Assembly (NCBI GenBank): GCA_016176405.1
Contig: JACOXG010000011.1
Span: forward strand, 1 to 63,277
DNA from: Candidatus Daviesbacteria bacterium
Lineage (GTDB): Bacteria > Patescibacteriota > Microgenomatia > Daviesbacterales > UBA10151
Reading direction: 5' to 3'
DNA: 63,277 nt
In this document: positions 9,802-18,179 of the stretch, piece after piece
How the letters are laid out: each line of letters starts with the position of its first letter
Position numbering within the stretch: the stretch's first letter is position 1
Position numbers and translations under genes: made by a program
Notes under the pieces: model-generated
Database searches by the model: none
What the model saw: only the letters and a program-made list of their open reading frames with translations
Told to the model about the DNA's origin: nothing

Positions 9802-10123
9802 AAAATACTTGCTGAGGCAAAAAAGTGAGGTGGAAAAAAACTTAAAAGAGGTGGTGGAGGATGATCCAGCCACTACCCCTGCTTTGGCTGAATCCTCAGA
9901 GCCTGGGACAGATTCTTGGGTGGCAGATGCACATAATAGGGCTTTGGTTTTTAGGGATCAGCTAAAAAAAAGAGGAGACAGCATTAAAAAAGCCTTAGGA
10001 AAAATAAGAAAAGGGACTTATGGTAAATGTGAAAGATGTGGTCAGAGAATTGAGCTATCCAGGCTTTTAGCTATGCCCACAGCTCAATATTGCTTATCTT
10101 GCTCAAAAAAGTTCTCCAAATAA
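9764..10123 (+). CDS. DksA/TraR-family C4 zinc-finger protein
   Basis: CERCGQRIELSRLLAMPTAQYCLSCSKK C4 finger at the C-terminus. Confidence 0.8.
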   Translation: MLDLPQKTLQTIRKYLLRQKSEVEKNLKEVVEDDPATTPALAESSEPGTDSWVADAHNRALVFRDQLKKRGDSIKKALGKIRKGTYGKCERCGQRIELSRLLAMPTAQYCLSCSKKFSK

Positions 10124-10168
10124 TTCCTTGATAATTAAAATATCCTTGAATAAAAGTTAAAAAATGTA

Positions 10169-10197
10169 TTGACAAATAATCAATGAATTAGTATAAT
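10169..10197 (+). promoter_or_regulatory. sigma70-type promoter TTGACA-17-TATAAT upstream of vapB
   Basis: Perfect consensus hexamers with a 17-nt spacer; -10 ends 9 nt before ATG 10207. Confidence 0.6.
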
Positions 10198-10206
10198 ATA
10201 CTTGAT

Positions 10207-10461
10207 ATGCAGCAAATAGCGACTATTACAGGGAAGATGCAACTGACAGTGCCAATGCGTTTGGCAAAGAAGTTCGGTCTTAAACGAGGCCAAAAAATAG
10301 TTTTCGCAGAGAAAGACGGCCAGCTTGTTCTTACTCCGGCTACAGAGTTAGTTGAACAACTAGCTGGTTCTTTGAAAACATATAGAAAAAGAAGTTCAAA
10401 ATCACTTGATAAAATTATTGAGGAAGCAAAAGAAATCTATTTTAAAAATCATAAAGTATGA
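10207..10461 (+). CDS. vapB: AbrB/SpoVT-fold antitoxin (VapB-type)
   Basis: MQLTVPMRLAKKFGLKRGQKIVF swapped-hairpin motif; 4-nt overlap with the PIN gene. Confidence 0.8.
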   Translation: MQQIATITGKMQLTVPMRLAKKFGLKRGQKIVFAEKDGQLVLTPATELVEQLAGSLKTYRKRSSKSLDKIIEEAKEIYFKNHKV

Positions 10462-10853
10462 TATTTGTTGATACCAACTATTTTCTTCGGTATCTGCTTC
10501 AGGATGATCCCAGGCAATATAATGTAGCAAAACAACTTTTTGTGGATGCAGCCAGTGGCCAAAAGCAACTGATTACCTCAACGATTGTATTATTTGAAAT
10601 ATTTTGGGTATTAAAGTCATATTATAATATGGAAAAAGCTCTGATTATTGTTACAATACGCAATATACTAAAGCTACAGTTCATCACCCTTGACGATCGC
10701 AGCATTTTAGAAAAAGCCTTAGGCTATTTTGCTAAAACAAACTTAAGTCTGGAAGATTGCTATAATATAGCATATGCGAAATCGAAAGTGGCAAAGGTAT
10801 TTAAAACTTTTGATGTAAAATTAGAAAAGGAGTTTAAAAAGAAAACTAATTAG
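10458..10853 (+). CDS. vapC: PIN-domain ribonuclease toxin (VapC-type)
   Basis: MIFVDTNYFLRYL with conserved acidic residues (D5, E, D near LEDCYN). Confidence 0.85.
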   Translation: MIFVDTNYFLRYLLQDDPRQYNVAKQLFVDAASGQKQLITSTIVLFEIFWVLKSYYNMEKALIIVTIRNILKLQFITLDDRSILEKALGYFAKTNLSLEDCYNIAYAKSKVAKVFKTFDVKLEKEFKKKTN

Positions 10854-10855
10854 CC

Positions 10856-10906
10856 ATGCCCACCGCCCAATATTGCTTATCTTGTTCAAAAAAGGTTTCT
10901 AAATAA
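10856..10906 (+). pseudogene. relic duplicate of the last 17 codons of the DksA/TraR-type gene
   Basis: 45/51 nt identical to 10073-10123. Encodes MPTAQYCLSCSKKVSK* versus MPTAQYCLSCSKKFSK* in the intact gene. Confidence 0.8.
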
Positions 10907-10920
10907 TTTCTGGTTGTCTT

Positions 10921-11178
10921 TCAGTCTATTTGAGAGATTACAATCCTGTAGGTTCTTTCGGGAGTTATCACATCTACTTCCTCACCAACACTTCTATTTA
11001 AGATAGCTTTAGCAACAGGAGCTTTGGGGGAAATATAAATAAGATTTTCCTCATTTTGTCTCTTTTGTTCCTCTTCTGGGACAACACAAACTCTGATAGG
11101 TTTCTCTTTGGGATCCCTATAACGGATTGTGACAATTTTATTATATTCAACCTTCGGTAAAATTGTTTCCATCTCCAC
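10921..11178 (-). CDS. stand-alone GreA/GreB C-terminal-domain-like protein
   Basis: ISPKAPVAKAILNRSVGEEVDVITPERTYRIVISQI resembles the GreA C-terminal (FKBP-like) domain; no coiled-coil N-domain. Confidence 0.6.
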   Translation of the reverse strand: MEMETILPKVEYNKIVTIRYRDPKEKPIRVCVVPEEEQKRQNEENLIYISPKAPVAKAILNRSVGEEVDVITPERTYRIVISQID

Positions 11179-11292
11179 GAGTTAGTATTTATATAACACA
11201 ACAATTATTAAATATCAAGTATTTGATAGCTAATATTTGATAACTAATATATGATATCAATAAATTATGACATAAAATGGTAAAATTAAAGT

Positions 11293-12102
11293 ATGTTAAC
11301 TGCGACACTGGGGGGACTTATTAAAGATTATAGAATCAAGAAAAGACTTTCACAACTGGAGGTCTCTTTGCGTATTGGTTGGAAAGACACCTCTAGGCTT
11401 TCAAAAATAGAGCAGGGAAGAGTAGGAAAGCCAACTAGGGAAACAGCTGAAAAAATAATTAAGGCCTTAGATTTAAATATGCAAGAAAAAGGGGAGCTTT
11501 TACTTATGGGAGGATATTTGCCGACAGCCCAAGAAATAAAGAAAATATTGAAAGTTCTTGTTCCGCAAGTGGATAACTGGTCATATCCAGCCTACGTTAT
11601 GGATTTTAGTTGGAGACTGCTTTATAGCAATGACCTTAATTTAAAGGTTTTAACTTTACCCCTATCTGTAAAAGATTTTATAGAAAAAGAATATCCGAAT
11701 GTATTACTTTTTGCCTTCTTGCCTAAAGAACAATTTCCTGCTGAGGTAGAAAAAGGAGAAGATAAAAACCATTTAAAACCTTTTCAGATTGCCCAAATAG
11801 CTGCTTTTAAAACAGAAACTCATCAATTTCAAAATGAGGGTTGGTATAACAAACTTGTCCAAGATTTGATGAAATTTGAAAAATTTAGGGAACTCTGGTC
11901 AAAAATTGATCAAAAGGATTACCATAAAAAGCTTTATGATTATGAATATAAAAAGATTAATAGTGTCTATGAAGGTAAAAAAAGATCATTTGAGTTTCAT
12001 ATTTTTACGGCCAAGATAATTTATGATCCCAGGTTTCAATTAGTCCTTTATTTCCCGGCCAATAAGGAAACAGATAGGTATTGGGAGAAATTTAAAAGGT
12101 AA
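11293..12102 (+). CDS. XRE-family HTH regulator with MmyB-like C-terminal ligand-binding domain
   Basis: LSQLEVSLRIGWKDTSRLSKIEQGRVGKPTRETAEKIIKALDL, followed by a VPQVDNWSYPAYVMDFSWRLLYSN segment resembling MmyB-type regulators. Confidence 0.7.
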   Translation: MLTATLGGLIKDYRIKKRLSQLEVSLRIGWKDTSRLSKIEQGRVGKPTRETAEKIIKALDLNMQEKGELLLMGGYLPTAQEIKKILKVLVPQVDNWSYPAYVMDFSWRLLYSNDLNLKVLTLPLSVKDFIEKEYPNVLLFAFLPKEQFPAEVEKGEDKNHLKPFQIAQIAAFKTETHQFQNEGWYNKLVQDLMKFEKFRELWSKIDQKDYHKKLYDYEYKKINSVYEGKKRSFEFHIFTAKIIYDPRFQLVLYFPANKETDRYWEKFKR

Positions 12103-12146
12103 TAACTTAATCCCACCCCATAGTATTTGATTTTTTGATGATATTT

Positions 12147-12177
12147 GTTATATGATTTGACGATTGCTCATATAACA
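12147..12177. promoter_or_regulatory. inverted repeat GTTATATGA-N13-TCATATAAC, candidate operator
   Basis: Perfect 9-bp arms in the leader between the regulator and the orphan operon. Confidence 0.35.
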
Positions 12178-12247
12178 TGAGTAAAATAAAATAAAATATA
12201 TAATCTAAATATTTCCTTGCAGCACTGCTGCGGAAAAGTTTATTCTT

Positions 12248-13228
12248 ATGGGTTCACCCGAACAAAGGCAAACAAAACTAAATTCACCCCTGCTTTACAC
12301 ACAAGCAGATAGATCTAGACTTCTTGAGTGGCATTTTAATATTGCAGAAAAATTTGGTGTTAAAGAACCCTACTTTAACTTCTCGACAGATTTACCTTCA
12401 GAAAAAAAATCGCTCATTAGGGTAAGAAATTATTTCCCAGGGATTGATCTTATCATCGGCCCTCTAAGAGCATTTTCCAGAGGGGAAGTCGCTGCTGTCA
12501 TTCATGATCAAGTAGTAATCTATGTAATGGATCGGGCATTGGGTAATTTTCCTATTGGAGATACAGAGGCGGAAGAAGAATTAGTAGCGAGTATGATTGG
12601 GGGGTTTAATCAGCACGATGTATTTATTAGCTTTCACGTACGATCACAAGAGAGTTTCAAACCCGTAGCTGGAGGTAGACTAACCTTTGGTAGATCACAA
12701 GAAAGCCTAGTTAAAAATATAACTAGAGAAGACGACTCCCATATTCAAACCTTTAATGCACTTCATGTTAAGGAAGAAACTTTATCAAAATCCCCATTGG
12801 CAAATACTTCTGAGAGTGAGGTAGTTTGTATTTCTCGTTATTTTTGTCAACCTCGTCAAGTACTAAAGGAATTAAGATTAGAAAATATAGGATATAGATT
12901 ACCATTGTACACAGTTGCTCATTTCGTTGGAGGGTATGTTGGATATGCTCAACGAGAGGGTCTGCCGGTCCCTAAGTTTGCAGTTTACGATACTCATTTA
13001 TCATCATTAGCTGAAGTTACTAGGAAAAAGTTCGGAGCCGAGGTTATTGCTTCCGGAGAAGATGTCAGTCCAACAAAGTTGATTCTAGGAACCATTTTAA
13101 GATATCATTACGGTGGCCTTGAATATGGGGGATATAAAAACCATATAATGGTTGTCGCTTTTCCCACAACAGAATATTTAAAAGGTGCAGAAAGGGTATT
13201 AGGATCATCTTTGGCGCTTCCTTTTTAA
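12248..13228 (+). CDS. hypothetical protein, first gene of the orphan operon
   Basis: 326-aa ORF with no confident motif; a weak GNAT/LuxI-like impression around VVCISRYF is unverified. Confidence 0.65.
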   Translation: MGSPEQRQTKLNSPLLYTQADRSRLLEWHFNIAEKFGVKEPYFNFSTDLPSEKKSLIRVRNYFPGIDLIIGPLRAFSRGEVAAVIHDQVVIYVMDRALGNFPIGDTEAEEELVASMIGGFNQHDVFISFHVRSQESFKPVAGGRLTFGRSQESLVKNITREDDSHIQTFNALHVKEETLSKSPLANTSESEVVCISRYFCQPRQVLKELRLENIGYRLPLYTVAHFVGGYVGYAQREGLPVPKFAVYDTHLSSLAEVTRKKFGAEVIASGEDVSPTKLILGTILRYHYGGLEYGGYKNHIMVVAFPTTEYLKGAERVLGSSLALPF

Positions 13229-13231
13229 ACT

Positions 13232-14653
13232 ATGTCTTATTCAGAGCTTTCACCAGAACTTAACAATCAGAGGCTTGCTAGGTTACCTCAACTGAATCAT
13301 TTAAGGCAGCCTCCTTCATCTAGTGATTTAGATCCTAATTCTTACCGACCTGAAATTATTGATCACCATACATCTTCGGGGATTGATAGATTAGCAGGGT
13401 TAATATCACAATGCCCTTTACCTGAACAAAACATTACAATACGTCCATTTTTAAAAGGAGTTGACGAGTTAATTAGTCTTGATGGATTTTTTAAAAGGGC
13501 TTTTGAAGATGTTGATTTTACAGGTTCAGATGCAATTATTCAGGTAAGAGATCAAGTGGCGCAAAGATTGATTCAGGCAAGTCAAGGTGTTATTGAGAAA
13601 AGTCAAATAGATATTTTATTAACAGAGAATACTCTAGTTCCGGATTTAACAACTCTGATACAGCGAGTTTCACAATATAGTGTCCCTGAGGCTTTGGAAG
13701 CAGAATCTAAATGGATATGGGATCCTCTGGATTTAACACTTACAAAGTTTATTGGACCGGATGCAAAAAGGACATTATCTGCATCAAGAGTATTAGGTCT
13801 TATACCTTTTGATGCTATTAACAGAATACAAACAACCAGGTTTAGAGTTTTAGGAGCAAGTGTGGCTGCATCAACTATTGATCTATTAGTGGCGCTAGGT
13901 GCTGAGGATATTGTATTTGTTGATGGAGGATTATTAGATCCTTCGAATGAAGGCAAAATGTTAGGTGATATGGCAGATTTCAGGAGCAATGGTGAATCAA
14001 AAGCGATGATCTTAATGCATCAGATGTATAAACGCAATCCCTATGGTAGTTATTTAGGTTACTCTGGAAAAGTTGTAACTTTAGATGAATCAAAAGGTCC
14101 CTATGATAAAACCATTGATGAATTAGTCAAAGATGCTGACGAAGTGATTGAGGTGGTGGATAGTGCGCATATGAAAATCTATACAAGGTTTTACATGCAA
14201 GGACAATATCCCAGTACACCTATTGGATTTATTGCTGATGTGGGTAGTCAACCCTTTGCAGGAAGAGAAGTTCCTTCGGAGGGAAACTTTTTCCATCAAA
14301 ATTTATCTAATGAGGAAAAACAAAGAATGGAAATGTTATTAGCAGAAACAGATAAAGTTAGAATAGCAACTGAGGGGTTACGATCTGTTTATCAGATGGT
14401 CAGGAGAAATTTTCCACCAGAGCATCAACTGCAATTTTTGCTAAGTAGCCTAGGTATGATACCTTTTTGGTCACAGACACCAATATCTGCCAGAGAATCA
14501 GCCGCAACCTATGCTAAAATTTTCATAAGAGAGGTGAGTGGAGAAAATATTACCTTCGACCAAGCCCCTAGGACTTTGATAAAAGAATTGTCTGAAGAGC
14601 AAATACGAACTATTCAAGCTATTTGTAAAAAAGTTTTTGATATTCAATCTTGA
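13232..14653 (+). CDS. hypothetical protein with degenerate E1/ThiF-like Rossmann core
   Basis: RFRVLGASVAASTIDLLVALGAEDIVFVDGGLLDPSN ... DEVIEVVDSAHMKIY follows the ThiF/MoeB topology but lacks GxGxxG; 3-nt gap to the upstream gene. Confidence 0.65.
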   Translation: MSYSELSPELNNQRLARLPQLNHLRQPPSSSDLDPNSYRPEIIDHHTSSGIDRLAGLISQCPLPEQNITIRPFLKGVDELISLDGFFKRAFEDVDFTGSDAIIQVRDQVAQRLIQASQGVIEKSQIDILLTENTLVPDLTTLIQRVSQYSVPEALEAESKWIWDPLDLTLTKFIGPDAKRTLSASRVLGLIPFDAINRIQTTRFRVLGASVAASTIDLLVALGAEDIVFVDGGLLDPSNEGKMLGDMADFRSNGESKAMILMHQMYKRNPYGSYLGYSGKVVTLDESKGPYDKTIDELVKDADEVIEVVDSAHMKIYTRFYMQGQYPSTPIGFIADVGSQPFAGREVPSEGNFFHQNLSNEEKQRMEMLLAETDKVRIATEGLRSVYQMVRRNFPPEHQLQFLLSSLGMIPFWSQTPISARESAATYAKIFIREVSGENITFDQAPRTLIKELSEEQIRTIQAICKKVFDIQS

Positions 14654-14691
14654 AATTGACTCTTTAAGCGCAACCCTCGTATAGTATATAT

Positions 14692-16926
14692 ATGGTATTT
14701 GGGTTACTGGGATTGCCAGTTGTTAGCTTTACCTTTTTTGCAAATTTATTTATTGCTTATCTCGTATATAGAAAAAACCCTCGATCCATAACCCATATCT
14801 TGATTGCAGCCTTAGCTCTTTGCATGGGACTTTGGGCCGCTTTTAATTATCTTGCTCTTTCACCTGGACCAGAATCAATGCGCTTATTTTGGGTAAGAGT
14901 AGTTATGTTTGTTACCACCCCCTTCGGTCCCTTGATTTTTCTCTTAGCAAAGGTTTTTCCTCAAACAAAATCTGCAATTAACAAGTTGACCATTGGGATA
15001 ACGGCGGTATTTGTTTTAGCTACTGCAGTATTAGCCCTATCTCCTTATATGTTTATTAAATTAGAAAATCAACCTGATGGTAGTTTCAATCTTTCCCCCG
15101 GTTTAGCAATTGTACTTTATGCCATCACTTTACTAGGTTTTATGGCCTATGGATTTATAATCCTAATTAAAAAATATAAAGGTAGCGTAGGGCTTCAAAA
15201 GAAGCAACTTAGTTTATTTTTAACTGGTATTGTTGTGGCTTTTATATTAATGACTGCTACAAATTTTATAGCAGTAGTTGTCTTCAAAACTATTAGCCTA
15301 ACCTTTTTAGGGCCCACCTTCACTCTAATCATGGTGGGTTTTATGGCCTATGCTATTATTAAACACCGTTTTCTAGACATAAAATTAATTATTGCTCGTA
15401 CTATTGGATATACCTTGCTTGTCACATTGATTGCTATTTTCTATGTGACGACAACTTTCATATTAAGCACTCTGTTTTTTGATTTTCTTAGCAGAAGAGC
15501 CCAGTTAATTGCTTATATGGCCTTAACTATATTAATCGCTTTATCTTTTAATAGCTTAAGGTCAGTAATTGAAAAGGTTACTGATAAAATCTTCTTTAAA
15601 GGAAATTATGATTCTTCTAAGCTGCTGTCATCTTTTGGTTCAATCATGAGCACCATGATTGAGTTAAGGCCATTATCTACGGCTATTTTACAAACACTTA
15701 CCTCTGAGATGAGAATTAGTAGGGGAGCTATTGTTCTTTTGGAAAAAGAGGCAATATATGACATTATCAGGGTTGGTTTTTCCAAGCAATATCCTTACTC
15801 ATATTCAACAGTAGCTTCTTTTTTAGCAGGGGTAAATACTGTTATTTTTGATGAATTAGAAGAGGGGAATTTAAAACAGTTAATGCGTGATTTAAATATA
15901 GCTATTGCTCACCTTCTTGTGGTTAAAGGTGAAATAGTGGGATTGTTATTACTGGGTGAAAAAGCCTCAGGAGAAGTTTATTCAGAGGGGGATTTAAGAG
16001 TATTGGATATTTTTTCACCAGAACTGGCAATTGCCATTCAAAATGCTAAATCCTATGATAAAATCCAAAAATTTAATATTACTTTACAAGAAGAAGTACA
16101 GAAAGCTACCAGTGATCTTAAGGTTGCTAATCAAAAACTAAAAGAGCTGGATCAGCTTAAAGATGAGTTTGTCTCCATTACCTCCCATGAACTAAGGACT
16201 CCCATGACTGTCATCCGCTCCTATGCCTGGATGGCTTTAAATAAAGCTGATATAGACCTTTCTGACAAAATGAAAAAATCATTGGTGAGAATTTTAATTT
16301 CCGCAGAAAGATTGATTAATTTAGTCAATGATCTTTTGAATGTGTCTAGAATTGAGGCTCAAAGAATAGAGATTTCCCCCCGTCCACTGGATTTAATCAG
16401 CTTGGTCAAAGATATTATAGATGAGATCTATTATTCCAAATCAACCGAGAAAAACATTCAATTTAATATTTTGGAGCAAAAGTTACCAGAAGTTTTTGCT
16501 GATCCTGATAAATTAAGACAAGTTTTACTAAATTTGGTGGGTAATTCTGTCAAATTTACTCCTCCGGGAGGCAAAATTATCTTTAGTTTTTTTACTGATG
16601 GAAAAGTGGTTGAGACATCTGTTAAAGATACCGGTGTTGGTATTTCCCAAGAAGATTTGGGCAGGCTGTTTACCAAGTTTGGCAGATTAGATACTTCTTA
16701 TGTATCTATTTCCACATCCGGTGGTACAGGTTTAGGTCTTTATATCTCCAAAAAACTGATCGAGCTAATGCATGGGAAAATTTGGGCCTCTTCAGAGGGA
16801 GTAGGGAAGGGGACCACCTTTACTTTTTCTCTACCTGTTGCCTCTTCTGAAATTTTACAGCATGCTGATCAGTTTAAGATTAAGCCTAAAGGAGAGATTA
16901 AAGGATTGGAACCGGTGGCAATATAA
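14692..16926 (+). CDS. sensor histidine kinase (polytopic N-terminus, GAF-like, HisKA, HATPase_c)
   Basis: H-box SHELRTPMT, N box LVGNSVKFT, G boxes DTGVGIS and GGTGLGLYISK. Confidence 0.9.
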   Translation: MVFGLLGLPVVSFTFFANLFIAYLVYRKNPRSITHILIAALALCMGLWAAFNYLALSPGPESMRLFWVRVVMFVTTPFGPLIFLLAKVFPQTKSAINKLTIGITAVFVLATAVLALSPYMFIKLENQPDGSFNLSPGLAIVLYAITLLGFMAYGFIILIKKYKGSVGLQKKQLSLFLTGIVVAFILMTATNFIAVVVFKTISLTFLGPTFTLIMVGFMAYAIIKHRFLDIKLIIARTIGYTLLVTLIAIFYVTTTFILSTLFFDFLSRRAQLIAYMALTILIALSFNSLRSVIEKVTDKIFFKGNYDSSKLLSSFGSIMSTMIELRPLSTAILQTLTSEMRISRGAIVLLEKEAIYDIIRVGFSKQYPYSYSTVASFLAGVNTVIFDELEEGNLKQLMRDLNIAIAHLLVVKGEIVGLLLLGEKASGEVYSEGDLRVLDIFSPELAIAIQNAKSYDKIQKFNITLQEEVQKATSDLKVANQKLKELDQLKDEFVSITSHELRTPMTVIRSYAWMALNKADIDLSDKMKKSLVRILISAERLINLVNDLLNVSRIEAQRIEISPRPLDLISLVKDIIDEIYYSKSTEKNIQFNILEQKLPEVFADPDKLRQVLLNLVGNSVKFTPPGGKIIFSFFTDGKVVETSVKDTGVGISQEDLGRLFTKFGRLDTSYVSISTSGGTGLGLYISKKLIELMHGKIWASSEGVGKGTTFTFSLPVASSEILQHADQFKIKPKGEIKGLEPVAI

Positions 16927-16974
16927 AGGGTTTAGGGTATAGCGTTTAGGGTCTAGTTATGATATATAGAAATT

Positions 16975-17355
16975 ATGGATGGTACTAAAAAAAGAATTCT
17001 GATAGTTGAGGATGATCAATTCTTAAGGGAATTTTACCAAGAATTGTTGGAGGGAGAAGGCTTTCAGGTGGAGGTGGCTTCCGATGGGGAAGTTGGTTTG
17101 GAAAAAATGCATCAAGGAGGATTTGATGTGGTTCTTTTGGATATCATGCTACCCAAAAAAGACGGTTTACAGATCTTAAGAGATCTAAAAGCTTCTCCAC
17201 CCCAAAATAATAATAAAGCCATTGTGACTTTGACCAATTTAGGTCAAGATACCATCATCAAACAATGTTTTGAACTGGGAGCCTCAGGCTATTTAATCAA
17301 ATCAGCCTTAAATCCAGAGCAGGTATTAGAAGAAATTAAAACCTACCTAAAGTAA
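16975..17355 (+). CDS. single-domain response regulator (CheY-like receiver)
   Basis: ILIVEDD..VLLDIMLPKKDG..LTNL receiver motifs; no output domain. Confidence 0.9.
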   Translation: MDGTKKRILIVEDDQFLREFYQELLEGEGFQVEVASDGEVGLEKMHQGGFDVVLLDIMLPKKDGLQILRDLKASPPQNNNKAIVTLTNLGQDTIIKQCFELGASGYLIKSALNPEQVLEEIKTYLK

Positions 17356-17358
17356 TTG

Positions 17359-18144
17359 ATGTCCCCTAAAGTTGTTTTTGAAGATGATCATGTTTTAGTG
17401 TTAGGAAAGCCTGCCGGGATGGTGGTGACCCCTGCTGAGACCCAAAAAGAGGAAACGCTGATTGATTGGTTGAGAGAAAACTATGATTCTTCCGAGTACC
17501 ATAGTAAGGAGGCTCAAGACAGAATGGGAGTGGTCCATAGATTGGATAAAGAGACCTCTGGGTTATTGATAATCGGAAAAACAGATCAGGCTTTTGCCAA
17601 TCTCCAAAAGCAATTTAAGGAAAGAAAAGTTAAAAAAGAGTACATTGCCTTGGTTCATGGTCATGTTATGGAAGCTGGTAGAGTGGAAGGGGGTATTGGT
17701 AGAAATCCTAGAAACAGGGAGAAGTTTGCAGTACTTTTAGAAGGAAAAGAAGCAGTTACTGAGTATGAACCACTGAAGAGGTTACAGTTTACAGGGGACA
17801 GGTTACAGGAAATATTTTCTGATTTTAATAAGATACAAATGAGAAAACTGTCCACTATCCATTATAACCTGTTCACTCTATTATCTTGCCATCCGCTTAC
17901 TGGACGGACACACCAGATTAGGGTACATTTAAAATATGTGGGGCATCCAATTGTGGCAGATGAAAAGTATGTGGGTAGGAAAATGTACAGGTTAGATAAA
18001 AGATGGTGTCCCAGAATGTTTCTACATGCAGAAAAGCTGGGATTTTATCATCCAGATGGTGGGAAATGGATGGAGGTGGAAAGTAAGTTACCGGAGGATC
18101 TGAGAGAAGTACTGAATAAGCTGACTAGCGAATTGGCTAACTAG
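17359..18144 (+). CDS. RluA-family pseudouridine synthase
   Basis: HRLDKETSGLLIIGK catalytic Asp motif and HQIRVHL motif. Confidence 0.88.
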   Translation: MSPKVVFEDDHVLVLGKPAGMVVTPAETQKEETLIDWLRENYDSSEYHSKEAQDRMGVVHRLDKETSGLLIIGKTDQAFANLQKQFKERKVKKEYIALVHGHVMEAGRVEGGIGRNPRNREKFAVLLEGKEAVTEYEPLKRLQFTGDRLQEIFSDFNKIQMRKLSTIHYNLFTLLSCHPLTGRTHQIRVHLKYVGHPIVADEKYVGRKMYRLDKRWCPRMFLHAEKLGFYHPDGGKWMEVESKLPEDLREVLNKLTSELAN

Positions 18145-18167
18145 TTAACTAGTACACTGATTCGCTA
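18136..18167 (+). repeat. 32-nt repeat GCTAACTAGTTAACTAGTACACTGATTCGCTA
   Basis: 31/32 identical to 26433-26464; contains the palindrome CTAGTTAACTAG and the rluA-like stop codon. Confidence 0.8.
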
Positions 18168-18179
18168 ATTCACTAAAAC

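Noticed and set aside
12177-12194. Tiny ORF ATGAGTAAAATAAAATAA (MSKIK) as a microcin-C-like precursor for the E1-like protein
   Set aside because: It has no C-terminal Asn or other known recognition feature, overlaps the palindrome arm, and is too short to support without conservation data.
16631-16643. REP-like CCGGTGTTGGTAT inside the histidine kinase gene
   Set aside because: It encodes the normal G1-box DTGVGIS of HATPase_c and lacks the TAGCTTGAAACC tail. The resemblance is coincidental.
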